Shown: piece after piece, positions 40,647 to 49,321 of the stretch
Numbering within the stretch: position 1 is the first letter of the stretch
Layout of the letters: each line of letters opens with the position of its first letter
NCBI GenBank assembly: GCA_039811685.1
Contig: JBDHZC010000001.1
Span: 736,001-800,000, forward strand
Reading direction: 5' to 3'
DNA length: 64,000 nt
Origin: Armatimonadota bacterium
Lineage (GTDB): Bacteria; Armatimonadota; UBA5829; DSUL01
Program-made: the position numbers and the translations under genes
Notes under the pieces: generated by a model
Databases searched by the model: none
The model's input: only the letters and a program-made list of their open reading frames with translations
Told to the model about the DNA's origin: nothing

Positions 40647-40676
40647 TGGCTCAAACCTGGCCGAGCGGCGTATAAT
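40647..40676 (+). promoter_or_regulatory. Putative sigma70 promoter, PEP-CTERM copy 2
   Basis: TGGCTC-18bp-TATAAT, positionally equivalent to copies 1 and 3. Confidence 0.55.
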
Positions 40677-40842
40677 TGGGTTATGTGTTGGGTTCGGACG
40701 TGGCCAAACAGCGGACCGTAGTTTGCGGCGCCTGCCCAGAGTCCAGTTATTGGCTTGACAAGGTTAACAGCGCTGCGCAGATGGCGCGCCGGCCTCCGAG
40801 TCTTTCGTTTTCAGACGCAGTTATCAGAAGAAGGAGAATGAT

Positions 40843-41544
40843 GTGAGACTATCTCGTTTTGGTATGTTGAGCGCAGCGATTGCTGTGGTTGTATCGCTTT
40901 CCAGCGCTGCGCATGCGTGGAACTATGGGGATTCGTGGGTCATTCCGCTGGATCCGCAGAAGAGCCAGGCGGGAAATTCAGGACTGGGAGGCAACGGCTG
41001 GAACTACGTGGCCACAGGCGGCTACGGAGGTGGCGGCTATTACTGGGCTGCGGGTCAGGACGGCACCCGTCGCGCCCGCTGGTTCTTTGACGCCAGTGTG
41101 ACGGGTGGCGATGCTCCGACGTCTGCGGAGAAGTTCCTGGTCGAGACCTGGGTTCCACCCGCGAATGCTAACGTATATCAGCCCATCGAGGTGAGCTTCA
41201 GTGGTCAGGACGACGAGGGCGCAAGCATGAACCCATACATTCCCTGGGGTGGCCAGTACGGGACAAATCATCAGTGGCTGGACCGCCACGAGGCCAGCCA
41301 AGGCGGATGGGTGCAGGCGGGACCTGGCCCACAGAGTCCTGGTGTCTGGAACGGCATAGGCTACGTCTACGCTCAACAGGGAAGCTACTTCTACGTCTCG
41401 GCTGATTTCGGATTCATCGGGCCCACTGACAAGTACGGCATAAGCGCGATCCGCGTCACAGTCGTTCCTGAGCCGGGAAGTATTCTGGCGCTGGGTGGCA
41501 GTCTGCTTTCGATGGCCGGACTGGTCATTCGCCGCCGCAAGTAA
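40843..41544 (+). CDS. PEP-CTERM surface protein, tandem paralogue 2
   Basis: Same architecture as paralogue 1; GTG start after AAGGAG. Confidence 0.92.
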   Translation: MRLSRFGMLSAAIAVVVSLSSAAHAWNYGDSWVIPLDPQKSQAGNSGLGGNGWNYVATGGYGGGGYYWAAGQDGTRRARWFFDASVTGGDAPTSAEKFLVETWVPPANANVYQPIEVSFSGQDDEGASMNPYIPWGGQYGTNHQWLDRHEASQGGWVQAGPGPQSPGVWNGIGYVYAQQGSYFYVSADFGFIGPTDKYGISAIRVTVVPEPGSILALGGSLLSMAGLVIRRRK

Positions 41545-41636
41545 ACAACTTATTCGAACCGGAGCTGTCGGCTCGGAGTTAGATCTGAGCCGGCAGAGAC
41601 TCCTTCCAGGCCACCCTTCGAGGTGGCCTTTTTTTC
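41458..41636 (+). repeat. 179-bp direct repeat copy 2 (includes terminator 41608-41635)
   Basis: Offset 1164 bp from copy 1. Confidence 0.9.
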
Positions 41637-41736
41637 TCGAACTAACACTGGTACCCTCATCCACCATGTCTCTTTTCGGACAGAGCCGGGCCGGAGACCG
41701 TCCACTAGTATCTCTAGAGGTTGTGGCGAGACTGTT

Positions 41737-41777
41737 GCCTTACGGCGAGGCTGCGGCCTTACGGCGAGGCTGCGGCC
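41737..41777 (+). repeat. Short tandem repeat, 19-bp unit x2
   Basis: GCCTTACGGCGAGGCTGCG twice plus GCC, preceded by a degenerate copy. Confidence 0.8.
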
Positions 41778-41880
41778 CCTCAACGCACTCATGTTTGGCG
41801 TATTGTCGCGTCGGGAATAGATGTGACAGGTCCGCAACCAGGTAAATATACTGGTTTGTTTGTGATAACGTGAAATGTTA

Positions 41881-41910
41881 TGGACAAAACTCGGTCTAAA
41901 GGCCTATACT
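41881..41910 (+). promoter_or_regulatory. Putative sigma70 promoter, PEP-CTERM copy 3
   Basis: TGGACA-AAACTCGGTC...-TATACT; the first 16 bp are identical to the copy 1 promoter. Confidence 0.6.
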
Positions 41911-42090
41911 TGACCCCGATGTCGGGGCAGACTGTGGTATGCCGTACGTTCCCAACCAACCACAGATCCGACAAGTGATAGTCATTCCTTTTAGTGCTTT
42001 CGGTAGCGCCGCGCAGAAGGGGCGCCGATTGTCGACTCTATCGTCTCCAGGTGGAGATATCTTAGAGGGAGAAAGAGAAAGGAGTGAGCA

Positions 42091-42798
42091 ATGAGAGTAT
42101 TTCGTCTGAGTATCATCGGTACCGCTGCTGCGGCAGCGGCCCTTCTTTCCCTATCCACATCTGCGGGCGCCTGGAATTATGGCGACTCGTGGGTTATTCC
42201 ACTCGACCCGCAAAAGAGCCAGAATGGCCTGTCCGGACTTCCTGGACCAGGCTGGAACTTTGAAGCTACCGGCGGCTACGGCGGAGGCGGCTATTACTGG
42301 GCGGACGGCTTCGACAGTATCCGACAGGCTCGCTGGTTCTTTGACGCGAGCGTAACGGGAGGTGATGCACCGACTACTGCGGAGAAGTTTCTCGTTGAGA
42401 CGTGGGTTCCGGCCGAGCACGCCAATGTGTACAGCGTTATCGAAGTCAGCTTCGACGGTCTCGGAGATGAGGGCGGAACGAACAACCCCAACATTCCGTG
42501 GGCTGGTCAGTATGGGACAAACCACCAGTGGCTGGACCGTCACCAGGCCAACCAGGGCGGCTTTGTACAGGCAGGGCCTGGCCCGCAAAGCCCTGGAGTT
42601 TGGAATGGAATCGGCTATGTCTATGCGAAACAGGGCAGCTACTTCTGGATGAGCGGCGGCATGGGCTTCTATAAGCCTGGCGATCAGTATGCTGTGAGCG
42701 CAATTCGCCTAACGGTTGTTCCTGAGCCAGCAAGCGCGCTGGCGCTGGGCGGTGGTCTGCTTTCGATGACCGGACTGGTTATTCGCCGCCGCAAGTGA
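42091..42798 (+). CDS. PEP-CTERM surface protein, tandem paralogue 3
   Basis: Same domain; VPEPASALALGGGLLSMTGLVIRRRK. Confidence 0.92.
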   Translation: MRVFRLSIIGTAAAAAALLSLSTSAGAWNYGDSWVIPLDPQKSQNGLSGLPGPGWNFEATGGYGGGGYYWADGFDSIRQARWFFDASVTGGDAPTTAEKFLVETWVPAEHANVYSVIEVSFDGLGDEGGTNNPNIPWAGQYGTNHQWLDRHQANQGGFVQAGPGPQSPGVWNGIGYVYAKQGSYFWMSGGMGFYKPGDQYAVSAIRLTVVPEPASALALGGGLLSMTGLVIRRRK

Positions 42799-42860
42799 GT
42801 TGACAACGCTTCAAGCAACTGTCCAGACGTTTTGAACAGGACAGTTGAGAAACGCTTCGG

Positions 42861-42887
42861 GGGCCGCTTTTTCCAGCGGCCCTTTTT
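42861..42887 (+). terminator. Intrinsic terminator
   Basis: GGGCCGCT-TTTTCC-AGCGGCCC-TTTTT. Confidence 0.8.
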
Positions 42888-43754
42888 CTATCTTTTCTTC
42901 TGGAAAATACTCTGCAGACGTCCAACGAAGGTCTGCGGTTTTGCACACTCCGTGCACCAGCGATTTGGGTCGCCTGCCAGTCCGGCCCACCAGGGTCGCG
43001 AGCTGCTGGAGAGACTTGCGCAGGCAGGCTGTTTGTGGAAACGGTGAGCGCTGTCCATCCAGCACCGCTCAAAGAATCCCTCCCCTTGTCCAGAGACGGA
43101 ATCCAATGAGACTTCAAGGATATCGCACCCTGATCCAAGTCCTTCCATCTGCCCCAGATTGACCCCGAGCACTGCACTGACACCTGCGAATTCCTCGAGC
43201 ATCCAGGCGAACAAGGCTTCGGTCGCACCGATACAACGCACATCATCGAGAAAGAGAACTCTGGCGCCGGACAACTCTTCCATTGGCCCAAAGACAAGAT
43301 CCTGCGACGCAAAGCGAATGCGTCGGCGCAGGGCCACGGATCCGGACAAATACTCTTGCAGACTCATAGTCGGCCGGGGAGCCGTCCGACGGACGCAGCC
43401 AAGCGCTGACGCCTTAAGCAATGTGGCGACATCGCAAGCAAGCGCCTCCAGAGGCGCTAACTCCTCGGGCCGCATCTCCCACGACCCTAGTGCGCGGCAA
43501 ACGTGGGTAGGAGCGAAGGCTTCTGCTGCACGCGCAACCAGTTCAGCAAGCGAACGGCACACCTGAGTCCGAAAGGGATGATGGGGAGTGCGCCGCAGGT
43601 CTTTGAAAAACCGGATAAATGCCGTTGGTAGATGCGAGGACTCAGCGCCTGCGGCAAACGTCCAAAGCGCGCGGGATTCAAAGCTCTGGCTTCTGGCAGC
43701 CACCGCATCCACATCCAGAACTCTGTTAATGAGCACCTGTCCGAGCTTAGCCAC
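42888..43754 (-). CDS. ComF-like phosphoribosyltransferase-domain protein with C-terminal His/Cys metal-binding motif
   Basis: RVLFLDDVRCIGAT PRPP-binding-like motif; FHKQPAC...WCTEC tail. Confidence 0.6.
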   Translation of the reverse strand: MAKLGQVLINRVLDVDAVAARSQSFESRALWTFAAGAESSHLPTAFIRFFKDLRRTPHHPFRTQVCRSLAELVARAAEAFAPTHVCRALGSWEMRPEELAPLEALACDVATLLKASALGCVRRTAPRPTMSLQEYLSGSVALRRRIRFASQDLVFGPMEELSGARVLFLDDVRCIGATEALFAWMLEEFAGVSAVLGVNLGQMEGLGSGCDILEVSLDSVSGQGEGFFERCWMDSAHRFHKQPACASLSSSSRPWWAGLAGDPNRWCTECAKPQTFVGRLQSIFQKKR

Positions 43755-43787
43755 ACCGCCTCCTTCCCAAGTATACTTCTAGACACC

Positions 43788-44282
43788 ATGCCTGCAGAAT
43801 CCTTCGAACTTCCCGCACACATTGACGATTACCTTCACAAACACAACGTCCTCAACGTCAGCACTTGCGATGAGGAAGGTCCCTGGGGCGCGGCTGTGTT
43901 TTACGCGCACGAAGGTCTAAAAATCTATTTCATGACAGCTCCGCATACCCGTCACGGGTCCGCGCTGGTAGCAGCAGGAACGATGGCTGGCTCCATACAC
44001 GAAGACTATGCTGGCTGGACGGAGATCAGAGGACTCCAGATGCGGGGCAGAGTCTGGATGCTGGAGGATGAAGGAGAAGTCAGAGCAGGGCAGCGCGCTT
44101 TTTTCCGCAAGTACGATTTTGCAGAGGCATTCTCTCATGGCAATGTGCCTGAGGAGATACAGCGCAGCATCAAATCTGTGCGTCTGTTTTGCTTTGAACC
44201 TCAGCTTGTCCTCTGGCTTGACAACTCCGCAGGGTTTGGCAAGCGCATGCAGGTGTATCCTCCGCTGGACGCGGCAGGCTGA
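43788..44282 (+). CDS. Pyridoxamine 5'-phosphate oxidase-like FMN-binding protein (YhbP-like)
   Basis: PWGAAVFYA, TRH, IRGLQMRG, DNSAGFGKR. Confidence 0.85.
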   Translation: MPAESFELPAHIDDYLHKHNVLNVSTCDEEGPWGAAVFYAHEGLKIYFMTAPHTRHGSALVAAGTMAGSIHEDYAGWTEIRGLQMRGRVWMLEDEGEVRAGQRAFFRKYDFAEAFSHGNVPEEIQRSIKSVRLFCFEPQLVLWLDNSAGFGKRMQVYPPLDAAG

Positions 44283-44489
44283 ACGGGCTCACAAATGCGG
44301 GCGCCTGTAAGTGGGGCCTGCCTTGTCAGAACGACTCCGCACACTCGCAAAGCAAAAAGCATCCTCGCACACACATCCAAAAGTGGCATATTTCCAATAG
44401 CGCGTCGTCGGCCCACCCGTTCGCGCTAACGCACGCTGCAGCAGTGCAGCGCGCAGCCCACTAGATTCTTCGGGAGATGTCTGCTTCTT

Positions 44490-45398
44490 ATGTTCTCCGT
44501 GATCGGCGTGATCATCGTATTCGCGAGCATCGTCATGGGCTTCACCATGCATGGTGGCAAGCTGGCGGTGCTTATGCAGGTCTCCGAGTTCGTGATTATC
44601 GGCGGCGCGGGACTCGGCAGCGTTATCGTCGGCTACGGGCCCAAGGGGGCGGTGTCAGTTCTGAAGGCCGGTATATCGCTGCTCAAAGGCAATCCGTATA
44701 AGAAGCAAACGTTTCTTGACCTGCTGCACGCGATGTACGACGTTTTCAGCACGGCGCGCAAGGAAGGCATTCTGGAGCTTGAGAAGCACGCCGAGGAACC
44801 GCACCAGTCGGAGATATTCCAGAAATACCCCACCCTGCTGAACAATCATCACGCGCTGCAGATGCTGGCAGATACGCTCAAGCTGGTGGCAATGGGCGGC
44901 GTGACGATCTATGCGCTTCAGGACCTGTTGGACATCGATCTGGAGTCGCACCACGAGGAAGCGGCTCATACGCCAGGAATTCTCTCCACGTTGGCCGACG
45001 CCATGCCAGGCTTCGGAATTGTCGCGGCAGTCCTGGGAGTCGTCATCACAATGGGAGCGGTAGGCGGACCACCTGCAATCATCGGCGAGAAGGTCGCGGC
45101 GGCGCTTGTCGGCACGTTTCTGGGCATTCTGCTTGCATATGGTGTTTTTGCCCCGCTGGCGCGCGCAACTGAGGCCATCGCCAAAAGTGAGGCACAATAT
45201 CTGGCCTGTATCCGCAACGCTGTCATTGCTTTTGCGCGAGGTGACGTGCCTCTAGTGTGTGTGGAGTTTGGACGCCGCAACATCGAGCCGGATCTGAGGC
45301 CGACGTTCTCAGAGCTGGAGCACACGTGTAAGGGGCTGACTGTCGTGGACGGGGGCGGTTCGGGCAAAGCGTCCTCGACAGAGGCAAAGGCCGCTTGA
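44490..45398 (+). CDS. motA: Flagellar motor stator protein MotA
   Basis: Four TMs, ARKEGILELE, DAMPGFGIVAAVLG, ALVGTFLG, VEFGR. Confidence 0.93.
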   Translation: MFSVIGVIIVFASIVMGFTMHGGKLAVLMQVSEFVIIGGAGLGSVIVGYGPKGAVSVLKAGISLLKGNPYKKQTFLDLLHAMYDVFSTARKEGILELEKHAEEPHQSEIFQKYPTLLNNHHALQMLADTLKLVAMGGVTIYALQDLLDIDLESHHEEAAHTPGILSTLADAMPGFGIVAAVLGVVITMGAVGGPPAIIGEKVAAALVGTFLGILLAYGVFAPLARATEAIAKSEAQYLACIRNAVIAFARGDVPLVCVEFGRRNIEPDLRPTFSELEHTCKGLTVVDGGGSGKASSTEAKAA

Positions 45399-45413
45399 GA
45401 GGGATAGACACAG

Positions 45414-46259
45414 GTGGCTGATCAACCCGGCGCCGAAATTCGCGTTATCAAGAAGAAGGTTACTCACGGAGGTCATCACGGGGGCGCGTGGAAGGTTGCC
45501 TACGCCGACTTCGTCACCGCCATGATGGCCTTTTTTCTGGTCATGTGGATCATCTCTCTCAGCAATGACGTAAAGAAATCCATTGCCGGATATTTTGACG
45601 ACCCTATCGGTTTCATGAAGGCTGTGCGAGCCGGAAATGCTCCTTTCAGTGTATCGGAACTTGGCGCTAAAGGCTCTCCCGATGACAAGGGAATCGGCTT
45701 TGATTCCGTTGAGCGCAAGAAGCTCGGCAACGCAAAGAAAGTCATCGAGCGCATTGTCCTGAAAGCCCCCGCCTTTAAGGACCTCAAAGACAGCATCAAC
45801 ATCGAGATGACCGAAGAAGGTCTGCGTATCGACCTTGTGGAATCCCGGCAGTCCCTGTTCTTCGATTCGGGAAGCGCGCGTGTGAGGCCCGAATCAGGTC
45901 ACCTGCTGGCAACGCTCGCCAGAGAATTCGCCAAGCTCCCAAACAAGATCATGTTTGAAGGGCACACGGACAACCGGCCTCTTGCCCGCAAGGATGGATA
46001 TGGTAACTGGGAGCTGTCCGTTGACCGCGCCAACAGCGCACGGCGCGTCATGATAGAGGCTGGCCTGCAACCCGCCCAGGTAGCCGAGGTGCGCGGATTC
46101 GCAGACCGGAGACCGCGCAGCGCAAATCCGAGCGCCGCATCTAACCGAAGGGTGAGTATTGTTGTGCTGTTCACCAAACCTCCTCCCACCAACGGAACAG
46201 CAGACTCACAGCCTTCGCAAAACCCCGCCTTTCCTGACGGTCTCCGGGCGCTGCAATAA
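45414..46259 (+). CDS. motB: Flagellar motor stator protein MotB
   Basis: HHGGAWKVAYADFVTAMMAFFLVMW; OmpA-like EGHTD...NWELSVDRA...NRRV. Confidence 0.94.
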   Translation: MADQPGAEIRVIKKKVTHGGHHGGAWKVAYADFVTAMMAFFLVMWIISLSNDVKKSIAGYFDDPIGFMKAVRAGNAPFSVSELGAKGSPDDKGIGFDSVERKKLGNAKKVIERIVLKAPAFKDLKDSINIEMTEEGLRIDLVESRQSLFFDSGSARVRPESGHLLATLAREFAKLPNKIMFEGHTDNRPLARKDGYGNWELSVDRANSARRVMIEAGLQPAQVAEVRGFADRRPRSANPSAASNRRVSIVVLFTKPPPTNGTADSQPSQNPAFPDGLRALQ

Positions 46260-46357
46260 CGCCCTATTTCCTCTACGGCCCGCCGTTTGCAGGGAACTGA
46301 CTCGACTCCGGGTAATCCTTTCTCTGGCTCTGTTGTGAGGAGAAGAGGTGGCAAGGA

Positions 46358-46936
46358 ATGAGGTTTGCTCTGGGAATGTGGGTGATGGCGGCGCTTGCGC
46401 TCAGCGGTTGCGCTCGCCAGGCTTCAGTCAGGTCCGCTGCGCCGCCCGCTCACCAGAGCCGGTCAAATCCTGAGACTCACCTGTCCGCCGACTACGTTCA
46501 TCCCCCAAGCGGACTGAGACTGAAAGCTCCGCAAGGCTGGGGATTCGTGGACAAACCTGAAGTTGACTATGTCCAGGCACAATGCCAGCCGACTAAGGCA
46601 ACCGGTGACCTGCCGGTTATGCTTCTCCAGGCTTCTAAAATCTCCACAGATTTGTCCATGGAAGCGCTGGTGGCGGGCTATTCGAAACAGATGGCGCGCG
46701 GTGTGGATAGCCCTGACATCGAAAAAGACGAACAGATCAAAGGCGGCACAGGCGGAGCCGAAGGCTACGAAATAGTCTTCACAGGAAAGCTCAAGCACAA
46801 AGCGGTGAAGGGGAGACAGGTAATTCTGCGCAGAGACGGATGGTTTTACGTGATTACTCAGATGGCGCCCCAGGCTGACTATCCCAGGTATTCCGCAGCC
46901 TTCGAGACCCTTACAAACAGCGTGGCATTCAAATAG
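46358..46936 (+). CDS. Lipoprotein (PsbP/DcrB-like fold suspected)
   Basis: Lipobox LSGC; PQGW near the start and Y...FE...S.F at the end. Confidence 0.7.
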   Translation: MRFALGMWVMAALALSGCARQASVRSAAPPAHQSRSNPETHLSADYVHPPSGLRLKAPQGWGFVDKPEVDYVQAQCQPTKATGDLPVMLLQASKISTDLSMEALVAGYSKQMARGVDSPDIEKDEQIKGGTGGAEGYEIVFTGKLKHKAVKGRQVILRRDGWFYVITQMAPQADYPRYSAAFETLTNSVAFK

Positions 46937-46978
46937 GAGCGTACTGTCACGGACCGAGGAGACAGAGAGCTTAGAAAC

Positions 46979-48184
46979 ATGTTGCTTGGAATTGACAGCC
47001 TTCTGAGACACAGGGCATTGCGGGATGAGCTGCGAGGGCAACGTCTGGCGCTGCTCGGGCACCCGGCCTCCGTGACCGAAGAGTGTGTGCACACGCTGGA
47101 CGCGCTGATGGCAACAGAAGGTTTGCAGGTCACTGCAGCTTTTGGCCCTCAGCACGGAATGCAGGGCGACAAGCAGGACAACATGATCGAGTCCGAGGAC
47201 TACACGGACCCGCGCTACGGCATCCCGGTTTTCAGTCTTTACGGCCAGCACAGACGCCCCACCCCGGAGATGATGGCCTCGTTTGACACCCTGCTGGTGG
47301 ATTTGCAGGACATCGGAACCCGCATCTACACCTTTGTCACCACAACCTTCTATATGATCGAGGCGTGCGCGGACGCGGGAAAACGCGTCTGGATTCTGGA
47401 TCGCCCAAATCCAGCGGGGAGGCCAGTCGAAGGCTCATTACTCGAACCGGGATGGGAGAGTATGGTTGGCGCGGCGCCGTTTATGATGCGCCACGGGCTG
47501 ACTCTAGGAGAGCTTTCGCGCTGGTACGTGGACTACCGGAAGCTGGACTTAGATCTGCGCGTGGTTAAGATGGAGGGCTACCGCCCAGAAGAGCCGCCCG
47601 GCTATGGCTGGCCGCTGATGCAGCTTCCCTGGGTGAACCCAAGTCCAAACGCCTCCAGCCTTAATATGGCCCGCTGCTTTCCTGGGACTGTGCTCTTTGA
47701 GGCGACAACGCTGAGCGAAGGCCGCGGAACTACAACTCCGCTGGAAGTCGTAGGAGCGCCGGACATCAGCATGGAGCGCGTTCTTGCCCGGATGCACGCC
47801 CTGGCGGAGGACTGGCTGGAAGGTTGCATCATTCGTCCATGCTTCTTCGAACCGACATTCCACAAGCATGTTCACGCAATGTGTTCCGGACTCCAAATCC
47901 ACACGGACTCTCATCTTTATGATCACGACCGCTTCAAACCCTACCGCATCGCTGCGCTGATTCTGAAGAGTATCAGGCTGGAGCGCCCGGACTACGAGCT
48001 GTGGCGCATCTTCCCCTATGAGTACGAAACGGAGCGCCTGGCGGTGGACCTGCTCTCGGGAGGGACATTTCTGCGAGAGTGGGTGGACAACCCAGACTCT
48101 ACGCCGGCTGACCTGAACGCCCGCCTTCAGCCAGACGAAGAGCGGTGGTTGGAAGAGCGCAGGCCATATCTGCGCTATCACTGA
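46979..48184 (+). CDS. Second NamZ/DUF1343 family protein
   Basis: FGPQHG, DLQDIGTRIYTF, LDRPNP, LSEGRGTT. Confidence 0.92.
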   Translation: MLLGIDSLLRHRALRDELRGQRLALLGHPASVTEECVHTLDALMATEGLQVTAAFGPQHGMQGDKQDNMIESEDYTDPRYGIPVFSLYGQHRRPTPEMMASFDTLLVDLQDIGTRIYTFVTTTFYMIEACADAGKRVWILDRPNPAGRPVEGSLLEPGWESMVGAAPFMMRHGLTLGELSRWYVDYRKLDLDLRVVKMEGYRPEEPPGYGWPLMQLPWVNPSPNASSLNMARCFPGTVLFEATTLSEGRGTTTPLEVVGAPDISMERVLARMHALAEDWLEGCIIRPCFFEPTFHKHVHAMCSGLQIHTDSHLYDHDRFKPYRIAALILKSIRLERPDYELWRIFPYEYETERLAVDLLSGGTFLREWVDNPDSTPADLNARLQPDEERWLEERRPYLRYH

Positions 48185-48462
48185 GGCGCGCGCCTGACTG
48201 CTGAGAAGCCTTTTCAGCGCATCGAATCCTGGAAGAGCGCTCTCTCTCCCTCCGTTCAAAGCATCCTCTGACGAGACAGCGTATCTGTCGACAGGCTACG
48301 CAGCTCCGCGGAGGCTCTCGGCGCCATCCGGAAACTAGAACCGTCGCAGATACGTCATGAAAGATAGAGGCTGTCAAGACAGGCGTCCACGGACGACGAC
48401 TATTCCTGACCAAAAGCCCAGATACTTCGCTCCAGCGCTGTGAAGCCACTGGAGGCTTCCCC

Positions 48463-49248
48463 GTGAAAACACTGCTCTCGAGACCGAGTCCACAGGTCAA
48501 ACACGCTGTGGATGGAGCGGTCACGATACCTGAGCCGCTAGCCCACCCTGCCTTGGCTGGATACCGAAATCGAGCGTCAAAAGGCGGACGCGGCTTCACG
48601 CTTATCGAACTGCTGGTTGTGATCGCGATCATCGCGATTCTGGCAGGGATTCTGTTCCCTGTATTCTCTCAGGCAAAAGCGCGTGCCCAAGCCGTCGCCT
48701 GCCTGAACAATCTCACCCAGCTCAGCCGCGCGATCCAGATGTACGAAGACGATAACCACGACCGGATCCCGCACGCGTACGGCATGAGCGGCGGGGCAGC
48801 GTCGTGGAGTGGATTTGCGGACCCTGGAGGCGTTCAGAGTGTCAGGAATGGAGCTATCTACTCCTACGTCAAGAACGAAGAGGTCTTCACGTGTCCGTCC
48901 GACCCGTACAATTACCTGGGGTTGAGCTACGGGCTCAGCAGTCCGATTGCCGGACTTCCCGCCGGACAGGTGGAGGAACCCTCATCCACCGTGCTCTTGA
49001 TAGACTCTGTTGATCCGCCGGTCAGTGGTCAGACTTCTTCTCAGGACGGCGTCTTCAACGTACCCGCTAACGTTCCTGACGCGACCGTAATTCCGGCCTA
49101 CCGGCCTGGCATGACTCCGGGAGCGACCGACGGATTTCAGCCAATCCATGCGCAGGGCGCCAACGCGGCCTTCGTGGACGGGCATGTCAAGCGCATTCGT
49201 CCGGGCGAGCTGACGGCACGGAACTTCCGGCCCTACGCCACTCAATAG
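48463..49248 (+). CDS. Prepilin-type N-terminal cleavage/methylation protein (DUF1559, H-X9-DG C-terminus)
   Basis: GFTLIELLVVIAIIAILAGILFPVF, CLNNL.QL, F.CPSD, HAQGANAAFVDGHVK. Confidence 0.92.
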   Translation: MKTLLSRPSPQVKHAVDGAVTIPEPLAHPALAGYRNRASKGGRGFTLIELLVVIAIIAILAGILFPVFSQAKARAQAVACLNNLTQLSRAIQMYEDDNHDRIPHAYGMSGGAASWSGFADPGGVQSVRNGAIYSYVKNEEVFTCPSDPYNYLGLSYGLSSPIAGLPAGQVEEPSSTVLLIDSVDPPVSGQTSSQDGVFNVPANVPDATVIPAYRPGMTPGATDGFQPIHAQGANAAFVDGHVKRIRPGELTARNFRPYATQ

Positions 49249-49255
49249 CCCGGTC

Positions 49256-49291
49256 AAAAAAACCGGGAGGCCGCTTGCGCCGCCTCCCGGT
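49256..49291 (-). terminator. Intrinsic terminator of the Cys-rich protein gene
   Basis: CCGGGAGGC...GCCTCCCGG stem with a 7-T tract on the minus strand. Confidence 0.8.
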
Positions 49292-49321
49292 CCAGATTTC
49301 AGTCGTACTGGTCAGAGGGTG

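Noticed and set aside
41719..41777. CRISPR-like repeat
   Set aside because: Contiguous 19-bp tandem duplication with no spacers and no cas genes.
39676..42798. Diversity-generating retroelement or invertible shufflon acting on the PEP-CTERM triplet
   Set aside because: No reverse transcriptase or recombinase. The repeats are direct and cover the constant tail, not a variable region.
44490..46259. Zorya (ZorAB) anti-phage system
   Set aside because: MotA has normal length with no long ZorA tail, the motifs are flagellar-type, and there are no zorC/D/E neighbours.
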